Origin: Stramenopiles sp. TOSAG23-3
Taxonomy: Eukaryota
NCBI GenBank assembly: GCA_900128585.1
Contig: LT642216.1
Span: forward strand, 1 to 32,508
Direction of reading: 5' to 3'
DNA length: 32,508 bases
Below, piece by piece: positions 1 through 10,123 of the stretch. Both the position numbers and the translations under genes were made by a program. The notes below the pieces were generated by a model, which saw only the letters and a program-made list of their open reading frames with translations, made no database searches and was not told the origin of the DNA. Position 1 is the first letter of the stretch, and the number at the start of each line of letters is the position of its first letter.

Positions 1-190
1 CCCCCCCCCCCCCCCCCCATTTTTTATTTTAAATTTACATATAACTACAGTACACAATACCAAACCTATAATATGAACTACGTACATGACTATACAATAT
101 CTCATAATTTCGTTATATCTTATACTTTTATACTATATAATTCATAGTAATAGTTCTATTGAATAGGGAAGGAATAAAGTCGGCCTGGCC

Positions 191-311
191 TCATTCTTCT
201 ATTCTTCTATTTCTTCTATTCTATTCTTCTATTCTATTCTCTATTCTCTATTCTCTATTCTATTCTTCTATTCTATTCTTCTATTCTATTCTTCTATTCT
301 ATTCTTCTATT
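191..311. repeat. Degenerate (TTCTA/TTCTTCTA)n simple repeat
   Basis: Tandem ttcta/ttcttcta units read directly; they explain the spurious ORF 159..371. Confidence 0.9.
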
Positions 312-637
312 CCATCCCTATTTTTTAGAAGAAAAGAAAGAAGAAGAAGGAGAGGAAGGAGATTAAAATAATTTAAAAAATAAAGGGGGGGGGGGGGCTG
401 GGGGCTGTGGGCTGTGGGCTGGGGGTTGGGGGCCGGCGGTATAGTAGCGCAAAGGGGCAGGAGGATTGGTTACAGGTTATTTAACACTTTTGTGACATAA
501 TTTATATGTGTTTAAACTAAAGAAATTGATGAATGGTGTTTTGTGAAATAGAAAACAACCGAGTGTATATATTCTTACCTGTTTGTTTGTTCGTATTTCT
601 GTCGCAGCGTATGTGCTGAGGAGATTCCCCGTCAACG

Positions 638-2109
638 ATGAGGATATTTTCAGTTGACCGTTCGTGTGTACTGTTCGTGCTCTGCTTGGCAAGTTCGTGT
701 TTCATTGCATGCAATGCGAACGCGCAGGGGGGAAACAGCTACCCGCAAGATCCAAACAGTCATTTTTCTGGGACCAAACTTCGTTGTGGCGATCAGAAAC
801 GGGGGGGTAGCGATTGCTGGCCGTTTCACCGGTACCACAAGGAAATGTACGATGAAAACCCCCTTTGGGCAAAATGCTGCAGGCCGTGCTTGGGAAAATT
901 TGGGGAGGATTTGGCGTTGCTAGACGTGTCAATGGGCGCAAAGAAAAAAATTATGAAGCGGTTCCTTGCCGTGCACGACGATTTTCACAAGCGGCACTTT
1001 CCTGTCGTAAATCTAAAAGCGTATGTAAAAAATTCCCCATCAATCTCCCGCGAAACTACCTTGCTGCTGGAAGACATAGAAATGAATGGTGCGGGCCAGC
1101 GGATGGCGTCAGACTCTTTCGTCTTCAGCCGCAAGGCGGGAAAGGGCGGGGGGGGGGGGCGCCCATAAGCAACCAGAAGACCAGCTCGAAAGGTGGCAAA
1201 GAGGCGAAGGCCTCAAAAAGTGGGAAAGCGTCGAAGGCTTCGAAAGGTGGCAAAGCGCCAGCACCAGCAACCCCCCCTACGAAACCAGCCCCAAAAAAGT
1301 TCCCAGCGCGACCGACCAATTCGCACATGTTTTTAACGGGCGAAGAGTTTATGGAAAAAATAAAATGCTGTCACGTCTGCCCGGAGCAGTTCTACGTGCC
1401 AGAGGATTACGACGATCCGCAAGAGTCTCGGCCGAGCGTCAGCGCGCTCCTGGACATACCAAAGAGTTCGAAGAGGGTGCCGCCTGCCAGACAAGCACCG
1501 CGCCCCCAAAATAGAAGACGACGCCGGCGACGTCTGCACCAGAGTGGGGCAAAGGAGACCACCACGGCCGACCAACCAAACCCTACCCTGAAAGAGTCAT
1601 CTTCGCAAAAGGCTAGGAAGGGTGGGGATTTGTACTGGGCCTTCCACGACTTCTACGACCGACAGCCATACACGGAGTCACTAGAAGACACAAAAACTGA
1701 TTTTTCGACCAATGACCCGAATAGAGACACGTCGGCGCCAGCATTGCAACCTCGCGTCAAGAACGGTGCCTGTTGCAACATTTGCCCGCTCGAAGAGCCT
1801 GCCCCAGACACATTAGAGAATGCATTCAAAATCGACCCCCAAGGGGATAACAGCGCGTCGTTTTTAGAGACCATGGGATTGCCGAGGCCAAACATCATGG
1901 GCTCGGGCGCTACCTGCTGCCCAACGTGCCCTACGCTCCAGCACCTGGTCCATGGGCCGATGGAGCCGTTGGGGGGGCCGTTTCAACTGGGCAACGGCAA
2001 GCTTGGAGGGGACGCAGGGACTGCGCAAATGGAAGAGATAAATACAAACCAAAATAGTGGCGGGGGCGACAACGACGGCAAGGGTAAGGACAAACCGAAA
2101 GAAACGTAA
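638..2109 (+). CDS. Secreted Cys/Lys/Pro-rich orphan precursor (~490 aa), frameshifted at the G12 run 1148-1159
   Basis: ORF 638..1168 begins with a signal-peptide-like stretch (VLFVLCLASSCFIACNANA). Adding one G to the run joins it to ORF 865..2109 (…RKAGKGGGGGAPISNQK…). CCxxC and KxxK motifs occur on both sides of the junction. Confidence 0.75.
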
Positions 2110-2921
2110 TCAAATACACTGCAGGCAGTAGCAGACCAAATTGTGCGAACCAGTTTATAAATGAAGTCTAAAATAACATCATTTTGCTATATATATTATA
2201 TCATATTTTCATTTTGCTTGGTCACAAGTAGTAGCCTAACAGAAATTGTAAAACGCTTTAAGTAAATCGAAGTTTCCATGTTCTTTCTTTCGGTTGGATT
2301 CATCATATACAAAGGTGTCGCACCTGTGTTTTTCTTTATTATTTATGTTTCCTTAAATATGTGTATATGAAGCTGTCGGATGGAAACGAGGACGTACTGG
2401 CTACTACACCACCACAGCATCAGCCAGTAGAAGAAGAAGAAAAAAGTTTTTTTATTTTTGTTTTGAAAAAAACAAATTTCGATCGATAAACACGGAGACA
2501 ACTAATTCTTTCTTCTGCACAAAGTGCCAGAGAGAGGGGGGGAGAAAGAAAAAAAGCGTTTGAAAAACTACACGATATGCAACAGAACATATACATTTAA
2601 CCTGCGATATATTTATTTAAAATTAACTTTTCCTCCTTTTCTCTCTTTGCGGGGTGCCAAAACAATTCCCCCGCCTCTTCCCACGCGGTTCAAAATATAA
2701 ATCCTGTGTGCGGTGATCGCGTGCCCAAGAAACGTTCCAAGGCCGACTGTCGTTCCGTTTTCTATGTTAAGAAAGCCAGCCTTGGGCATTTTAGTGGGCA
2801 TCTAAGCTCCCGCATACTACTTTTGTACAAAATTGGAGACTCGCGCCACTTGCCACGAGACTCCCTCTGGTACCAAAAAGCCAATCGTGTTCCTACTACA
2901 CTGTGGTCCTCCCCCTTCTAT

Positions 2922-3569
2922 TTACAAGCGTTTCAGACCCTTTTTCTTCGACTTACTTTTTTTGGTGGCCCCAGAACTCTTGGACTTCTTCCGCGCCACC
3001 TTATCCCCTTTGACTTCTTTCGCTTTATTCTTTGCAGGGGACAGCTTCGTTTGTCCCTCACTAGTTGGGGTTGGCGACATCGGCTTGCATTTAGGCTGGG
3101 CATGAATGTTAGTGTATAGTTTGGCACGCTTGTCGTAGGCCTCGTAGTCTTCCATGAACATTCGGCCCGCTTCCTCGTTCAACGAGCTCTCTGGAAACGG
3201 TACGATCAGCAGACACCTTATTACTTGCAATACGTGAGAAATACCTAAGTCTGGTTTCCAATCTTTTTTCAGTGTATTGACGCAAATGTCCCCGTTGCTG
3301 GCAATGTTTGGGTGGAAAATTTTTGTCAAGAAAAACCCCTTCGGCGGTGCCGAGGGGAACTCCTTGCCAAGAACTAGTTTTATGTGAAACACCCCCCCTT
3401 CGAACGGTGTTCCCACCGGACCCTCTAACTCTGAATGCACAGTTCCTATAGTATCGTCATCGTTAGGAACGTACTTAACACCCACCGGTGGCTTGCGGGA
3501 GAGCTGTCTCAACTCTTTAATAAGACCTTGTATTACTTGAGGCGCAAGATTCTCGTGCGAACTTTGCAT
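2922..3569 (-). CDS. UBE2S: Ubiquitin-conjugating enzyme E2 S
   Basis: UBC fold with HPNI-x5-ICVNTLKKDW catalytic motif, N-terminal ENLAPQVI, LLIVPFPESSLNEEAG, and basic tail ending KKGLKRL typical of UBE2S. First ATG is at 3569. Confidence 0.93.
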   Translation of the reverse strand: MQSSHENLAPQVIQGLIKELRQLSRKPPVGVKYVPNDDDTIGTVHSELEGPVGTPFEGGVFHIKLVLGKEFPSAPPKGFFLTKIFHPNIASNGDICVNTLKKDWKPDLGISHVLQVIRCLLIVPFPESSLNEEAGRMFMEDYEAYDKRAKLYTNIHAQPKCKPMSPTPTSEGQTKLSPAKNKAKEVKGDKVARKKSKSSGATKKSKSKKKGLKRL

Positions 3570-4782
3570 CTTTAGCTGGTTTTCGTAGTATCCTTCAACT
3601 GACTGCCTGAATCCTCTCCTCTTTTCTCTGAGAAAATAAACGTTGTGTTGCAATAATTTATGCGATTCGTTCAATATATATATATATATTTGTATTATTG
3701 TTTCAACAATTATTAAATCACCCGAGTCTATTGCATTTGTTCATATTTCACTAACTATCTTTACCTCATATACTTGGTACTTTACTTCTTCACGCACTCA
3801 CGCACGCAACGCACTCACTATTCTTCTTCTAAAAAAAAAACAACAACAATGTGTGTTATATGATCATATCATCGTATTATTATTAATTATTAGCTATTAT
3901 TTTTTAGCGAAGAAGAAGAAGAAAGAAGAGAAGAAGAATAAAAAAAAGGAAGAGGAGATTGGATAATAATAATAAATAATATAACATATGAATAGCATAG
4001 AATTTATTGATTTTTTATTAAGAAGAAGGGAGATGATGTTCGTAGTTTATTATGTTTTGTAGGTGATTAATTAAAAATACAGGCATACAGTATAGAAAAT
4101 GAAATGGAAGAAGAAACGCACCCTGAGAGCTGAGAGGAAGAGTTAGACTTCCGAATGCTCTGTTCATATTACTCTTTTGTTCGTAGTACCGTTCGTAGTT
4201 ATTGTATTTGGACAAAACATAGTTTTGTTCTATTAATAATAAAAAGAAGAAAACAAACGAACACAACTAACAGAACTTTAATTGTAATATTATTATTCTA
4301 TTATTCCTATAAATATAGTAGTATAGGTATACTGTGGTCAGTATTATTGGTTTAAGTATACGAATTATAAGTACATTTATTATTTAGTATTACTATTTAT
4401 AATGACTGTGAAAAAAAATGCGCGAGAAGATATTGTTGTTGAGTTGAAACAGTAATTTAAAGAATTATTACTATACAATATATATACTTAAAGAAATAAA
4501 AGGGTTTTGTGAATTTTTCATCATTTATTTTTATGTTTCCATTAAAAATAGAATTGATTTTTAATATTATGCATATATATAATCTTTGAAAATCAATTTC
4601 AAAAGTAAACTCTGAAACTATTCTAGTTTTTCACGGATGGAACACTTTCCTATCTAAAATATCATTCTTTAACTCCCCTAAAGCCTCAACTAGAACGTTT
4701 CATCATCCTTTTCGATACAATGCTGCCTCCTGTAATTTCTTTTGGGTTTTTTCCCTTCGCAGCTCGCAGCCAACTTTTTTTC

Positions 4783-4816
4783 CTTCTTCTTCTTCTTCTT
4801 CTTCTTCTTCTTCTTC
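4783..4816. repeat. (CTT)n microsatellite
   Basis: About 11 perfect ctt units. Confidence 0.9.
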
Positions 4817-5264
4817 GTACTTTTCATTATTTAGTATAAAATATAAAAGAAAGAAGAATTCTTCTCTTCTTCTATATTTTACTATACTACTGTACTACTA
4901 GACTATGTAAGCAATACTTGAATAAAATGAAGCTTTATATATATACACACAACAGTTAATCGTAGAGTATTAATTACGAAATAGTAGTATTTTATATATT
5001 TTATATCTTTTTTTTCATTTCGACGATGATGAGAAGATGATAATAATATAATGATTTTTTTTTTATTATTTTATTATTATTATTTTAGAGAGTGGAATGG
5101 AATATAGAGTGAGTAGTAATTAATAAAAATAATAAACAATTCGATTATTATTATCGTTTGTTGCGGGGTTCTGTTGTGTTGTTTAGCGCATTAAGAAAAT
5201 TGTAGTAAAGTCTATTTTCGGCGATAACTTTTGCAAATGAATATGTGTACTTAGTATATAGTCA

Positions 5265-5720
5265 ATGTCAGCGTTGACATCCAAATTTTGGAAATGTGCA
5301 CATACACGGTCAAGGGCAACAATCAACACACTGCGTTGTCTTGCTGGTTGTAGTATAGGTGACTATTCATGTTTAATATATTTACAAACATATTATCCGA
5401 GTTTACCGCTATCGATATCAGTGCCGGCTGCGTGTGTTTCAGGAATTAGCACTTCACTATTATTAGAAACCGTTTTATTAAATAGAGGCAAAGATAAACT
5501 ACCACTACGAAAATCACTTTCTATGGCATGGAATATGTCGTTTATATCTATGTTATCCATGGAACTTGCAGAAAATGGATGTGAAATATTATTAACTGGT
5601 GGTGATTTTTCGAACCCTATTTCGTACGCTGCATTAATTCCATCAACAGTTGCTGGATTTTGTGCTGCGTACCCGTACAATTATTATCAACTCCGTAAGT
5701 ATGGGCGTTCGTGCCATTAG
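5265..5720 (+). CDS. DUF4396-family small membrane protein
   Basis: Motifs NTLRCLAGCSIGD, GISTSLLLET, MSFISMLSMELAEN and PYNYYQLRKYGRSCH match my recollection of the family; several hydrophobic helices. Confidence 0.8.
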   Translation: MSALTSKFWKCAHTRSRATINTLRCLAGCSIGDYSCLIYLQTYYPSLPLSISVPAACVSGISTSLLLETVLLNRGKDKLPLRKSLSMAWNMSFISMLSMELAENGCEILLTGGDFSNPISYAALIPSTVAGFCAAYPYNYYQLRKYGRSCH

Positions 5721-5792
5721 AAATAATAATTCGTAAAACATGCATCTCTGCAAAAAAACAAATTATTTAAAATACACACATGTATAAAAAGG

Positions 5793-5871
5793 AAAAAGAA
5801 GGTGCTAGTAGGTTCAAGAACAATTTCCCCTCCTATTCCCGGTCCTCCCCAAGTTCTGGTCAAGATTCCAA
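5793..5871 (+). repeat. Dispersed repeat, copy 1 (copy 2 at 7996-8073)
   Basis: Exact 29-mer tcctccccaagttctggtcaagattccaa at 5843-5871 and 8045-8073, plus a similar upstream block. Confidence 0.85.
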
Positions 5872-6521
5872 CTGGCAAGTAAACAGCGGCCTTCTTCCAA
5901 AATTAATACAGGGTTCTTATCCTTTGTTTGTGTGTCAAAAAACCGCCGCCATCCCAACAAGGATCGAAAAGACCATTTGAAAAGAAGATTGAATTAGTCA
6001 CTCAATAATAACTCAAAATAATGCAATAATAATAATAATATTATTATTCATTCTGCTGTCGTCTCTGCTCTGCTGTCCAACTCTGTTGTTAAACCCTAAT
6101 CGTAACTATATATAGTGATCTGCATATTTTAGAGGAGCTCTTTTGCTCTTTTCTATTTTTTTTCTCAGAGCTCTCAGCGCAGGCAGAGCGCAGCAGGCAG
6201 AGCAGATTATTACATTGTTGTCCTATCATCTTCTACTTTTTTTTTTTTAAATTTATATATAAACAGTAAAACAACTACACACTATTACCTAACTATACCA
6301 TAATATTATTATAAAATATCGTCTTTTTTCGAGTTTTCATTCAAAACAATCTTATGAAGAAGTAGAAAGAAAGTACTTAAGGGCATAGGAAATGCAGAAC
6401 CATGATTAACAATTGAAGGGGGGGGAGGGGGGTAGAGAGAGAGAGAGAGGCAAGACGTAATCGAACGATAGGTATCAATTAAATATTTTATGTTTATTGT
6501 TTAGTGGATATTCCCCGAACG

Positions 6522-7850
6522 ATGGGTGTTCTGATGAATGCACTGTGGGCGTTGGCGCTCCTTGTGGGGGTGGGGGCGACGAAGTTGTACGAGACGTACA
6601 AGGAAGGCATGGCAACGCCGGAGCGGACTAAAATTTATTCCTTTGTCGCTGATTTTGGCGCAGTGGGGGACGGAAAAACAATGAATACCAAGGCATTTCT
6701 TGAGGCTGTTGCTGCAATAAAAGAGTACAATGGCAACAACCCAACCTCAGGTGGTGCTGAGCTTGTGGTTGGGGACGGCAGCGTAGAGCAAACGTTCCTA
6801 ACCGCGCCTTTCAATCTGACCTCTCGAATGACCCTTACTGTTGCTTCCAAAGCATGCATATTTGCAAGTGATGACACGGCCCTGTGGCCGATCGTGCCCC
6901 CGCTTCCAAGCTATGGTCAGGGCAGGGATCACCAAGGACCGCGCCGGGTCCCCTTCCTTGGTGGTTGGAACCTTTCAGACATCGTCGTTCGCGGCCCTGG
7001 CTGCGTTGACGGAAATGGCTTTTCTTGGTGGGCACGCCACAGGAGCAAACATGAAACGTACACTCGTGGACGGTTGTTTGAGACTCTTTACAGCGACGGA
7101 ATACTGCTAGAAAACATCCATCTGAAAAACTCCCCGTTCTGGACCGTTCACCCCACGTACTCATCCAACATTGTGGCACGTTTTCTGACCATTGACAACC
7201 CGACCGACGCCCCCAACACGGATGGGTTTGATCCGGATTCGTCCGTGAACGTCAGTTTGACGGATTCTTTCTTCAGTGTCGGGGACGATGGGGTCGCAAT
7301 TAAAAGCGGCTGGGGTTGTTTTGGCCTAGACGTCAACCAGCCTAGCAAGAACATACACATTCGCAACTTGACCGTCAATTCGCCCTGCTGTGCCGGGATT
7401 TGCATTGGGAGCGAAATGAGTGGTGGTGTGGAGAACGTATTGGTGGAAGATATTCGCCTTTTGACCGTCGGGCAAGGCTTGCGGGTGAAAGCAGGGCTTG
7501 GTAGAGGCGGTTACGTTCGAAACATTACGTATGAAGGCGTGGTGATGGACAACGCCATAGGTGTTGCCATGCAGGCAAATGACTTCTATGGCTCCGTTAA
7601 CCCGAGCTGCCGGGGGCGCAATGCAAGCGCAGTCCCGCACGTGTACGACCTGACGTTCAGAAATATCAGCGCCAAGGGTAAGGGGGATGGGGCAGACTTT
7701 AAAGGCCTGACGCATGAAGGTGGTGAGATACACGGTATTGTGTTGGACGACGTTGATTTGCAAGTAGGGGGTACGCCTTGGACGTGCTCCAGCGTAAAAG
7801 GCAGCTCGACAGAATCTGTGCGCCCTACACCGTGCAAGTCTCTCCAATAA
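6522..7850 (+). CDS. Secreted glycoside hydrolase family 28 polygalacturonase
   Basis: Signal peptide; FGAVGDGKTMNTKAF; NSPFWTVHP; catalytic motifs NTDG, GDD, IGSEMSGG and RVK. First ATG is at 6522. Confidence 0.93.
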   Translation: MGVLMNALWALALLVGVGATKLYETYKEGMATPERTKIYSFVADFGAVGDGKTMNTKAFLEAVAAIKEYNGNNPTSGGAELVVGDGSVEQTFLTAPFNLTSRMTLTVASKACIFASDDTALWPIVPPLPSYGQGRDHQGPRRVPFLGGWNLSDIVVRGPGCVDGNGFSWWARHRSKHETYTRGRLFETLYSDGILLENIHLKNSPFWTVHPTYSSNIVARFLTIDNPTDAPNTDGFDPDSSVNVSLTDSFFSVGDDGVAIKSGWGCFGLDVNQPSKNIHIRNLTVNSPCCAGICIGSEMSGGVENVLVEDIRLLTVGQGLRVKAGLGRGGYVRNITYEGVVMDNAIGVAMQANDFYGSVNPSCRGRNASAVPHVYDLTFRNISAKGKGDGADFKGLTHEGGEIHGIVLDDVDLQVGGTPWTCSSVKGSSTESVRPTPCKSLQ

Positions 7851-7925
7851 ATTCCAAAGCTAAAAATATAAGAGAAGAATAATTTATGAAAAGTTCATCT
7901 CTTAAAAAATGTTTTATTTGTTTTA

Positions 7926-7949
7926 AAACAAGAAAATTGGCTGTTATTT
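7926..7949 (+). repeat. Solo copy of the 24-bp element AAACAAGAAAATTGGCTGTTATTT
   Basis: Identical to 18843-18866 and to the reverse complement of 19032-19055. Confidence 0.85.
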
Positions 7950-7995
7950 TAGAGTATTGATAATTTTAAAAAAATATATATTTTTATGAAAAAGA

Positions 7996-8073
7996 AAAAA
8001 GAAGGTAATCAGGTCAAGAACAATATCTCCTCCTAAATTGCAGATCCTCCCCAAGTTCTGGTCAAGATTCCAA
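7996..8073 (+). repeat. Dispersed repeat, copy 2
   Basis: Matches 5793-5871 with a 29-bp exact core. Confidence 0.85.
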
Positions 8074-8325
8074 TTATTGATATTTTAAAAATACAACTTT
8101 ATAATACGGAGTGGACGATTAGGGTTAGGGTTACGTATATATTTACCACAGTTTTTGAAATAGGAATAAAAATAATTCCTCTGTGGTGATGATGATTGAC
8201 AACCATCAACAACGACGAAACGAAATTATAACAAATCAAATTAAAAAATCGAGATAGGATTAGGGTTGGATTTGAAGTAGTATTTGATTTAAAATGAGAG
8301 TCTTAATCAACTAATTTCCACTCTT

Positions 8326-9546
8326 TCAGATTTGCCACGTCGTCCAAAACCACAAAACGCCCGAAAACATAATGGTGGGCGGCGATACTGAGGCCAGTGT
8401 GGCGCCGTTTACCCTCGTGTAAAAATCCTTGCGCGTCAATACCAATCCTTGGCAACTTCCCGGGACAGTGCCTGGGGAGTACATCCCATCCGGAAGCTCG
8501 GTATCCTCCACTTTCCAACTTTCTACTTTGCGTGGACCCTCTTTCTGCCGGTTGGACCCCCAGCACTGCATCGAACCCCCATCATCAATCGCGCACGAAT
8601 GGTAATTCCCCGAACTTATAGAGACGTACATTTTCCCCTCTCCAGGATAATAATATGGTTCGCACTCGGGCGTGCCATGGTAGTGCGTGCTGCAGCGCGC
8701 GGTTTTTTTCCCCCAACACTCTGCCGCGCCATCGCTTCGAATTGCACAACAATGGTACAGACCACAACTCACCTGGAGAAACCGTGCAAACTTTCGGTTA
8801 GGGAAGAACCGGTCGAGAGGGGCCTGCTTAAAATCATTTCTCCCCCAACACTCCATTCCACCGTTGCTGAGCACCGCGCACGAGTGAAACGCCCCCGTGC
8901 TTACTTGCATGTACCCGGTGCCCAGTTCAGGGAATTTGATCATAGTGTCGTCTTTCCCATCTGCCTCGGCTTGTGGGTCCAGCGGTGCTTGGCCGTATTG
9001 ATTATTTCCTATGCACTGGACAGCACCGTCGTTGAAGACTGCGCACGTATGTTCATGGGAGGTTGAGACCTGCACAAACAAACGGTCTTTGAACGGCAAC
9101 CACTCTGGCGGTGATTGTTTAAACACGTTCTTTCCCCCCCAGCACACCACGGTGCCCTTCGTTGTTACCGCGCACGCATGTTTAAACGCAACTTCTACGT
9201 TGCACAACTGCTCTTTGGGGGCGCCCATCATGTTCTCGCCCTCCCACGGCATTCCCCAGCACTCGGTGAGCCCAGAAAACTGTATTCCGCACGAATGAAA
9301 TGGCCCCATGTCCATGTGCGTCCAGGGCCCAATCTTTGAGGGAAGCGCGTTCTTGTACGTGTTTACGCCAAAGCACTCAATGCTTCCATTTACCGTTGCG
9401 CACGTAGCGTAATCACCGGCGCAGACATGCCAAGCCCCTGACATGCCCTTTAAGTCATGAAGAAAGTCCACCTTTGGGAACGCTTCCCCGAGCCCTGCCA
9501 AGAAGACGAAGGGGAGCACGGCACATACAGAAACCAACTGCGGCAT
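8326..9546 (-). CDS. Secreted, probably GPI-anchored RCC1/BLIP-II beta-propeller repeat protein
   Basis: Signal peptide; about 7 repeats of the type VSTGAFHSCAVLSNGGMECWGRN; C-terminal NGA followed by a spacer and a hydrophobic tail. Confidence 0.85.
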   Translation of the reverse strand: MPQLVSVCAVLPFVFLAGLGEAFPKVDFLHDLKGMSGAWHVCAGDYATCATVNGSIECFGVNTYKNALPSKIGPWTHMDMGPFHSCGIQFSGLTECWGMPWEGENMMGAPKEQLCNVEVAFKHACAVTTKGTVVCWGGKNVFKQSPPEWLPFKDRLFVQVSTSHEHTCAVFNDGAVQCIGNNQYGQAPLDPQAEADGKDDTMIKFPELGTGYMQVSTGAFHSCAVLSNGGMECWGRNDFKQAPLDRFFPNRKFARFLQVSCGLYHCCAIRSDGAAECWGKKTARCSTHYHGTPECEPYYYPGEGKMYVSISSGNYHSCAIDDGGSMQCWGSNRQKEGPRKVESWKVEDTELPDGMYSPGTVPGSCQGLVLTRKDFYTRVNGATLASVSPPTIMFSGVLWFWTTWQI

Positions 9547-10123
9547 CGTTTGGGCTAAAATGATCCTATCCTACCCTTAATAGTGTTTTTCGTGTGCGTG
9601 TTCGTCCTACGATTTCTCATGTTTACTGATTTATCCATTACCGGTGGCATATATAATATACTATAATAAACAAACAAAAAAAATGATGATTTTTTTTATA
9701 ATAATATTATTATAATTATTATAACGTTTTTATTTTCTTCATTCTTCTTTTACTTTGAAACAAGTTATATATAAGTATGTTTTAATACTCCTACTGGTGG
9801 CTGTAATAAATAATTAAAATATTATAAACCTATTTATTTATTAGCTATGATGATATCTAATAATAATCAATACAAATAACAAAATATAAATTATATTAAA
9901 ATCTCTTATAAATATAAGAGATACAAAAAAATCGATCATTCTCTCAACATTCTCAGCATATTCAGCATTTTGATTGGTTCGTTTTAGTATATGAATATAT
10001 ATATACTTAAGTTTACCTATTTTATTTAATCCCAATACACACACAACAAGTTTTTCTTCAAAAAAGTATTTTTTTTTTTATTATTAAAAAATTATTTATT
10101 ATTATTAATTATTTATTTTCAAT

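Noticed and set aside
5930-5980. Minus-strand peptide FDPCWDGGGFL resembling a DNA methylase motif I
   Set aside because: The frame closes soon after and no catalytic motif follows; likely chance.
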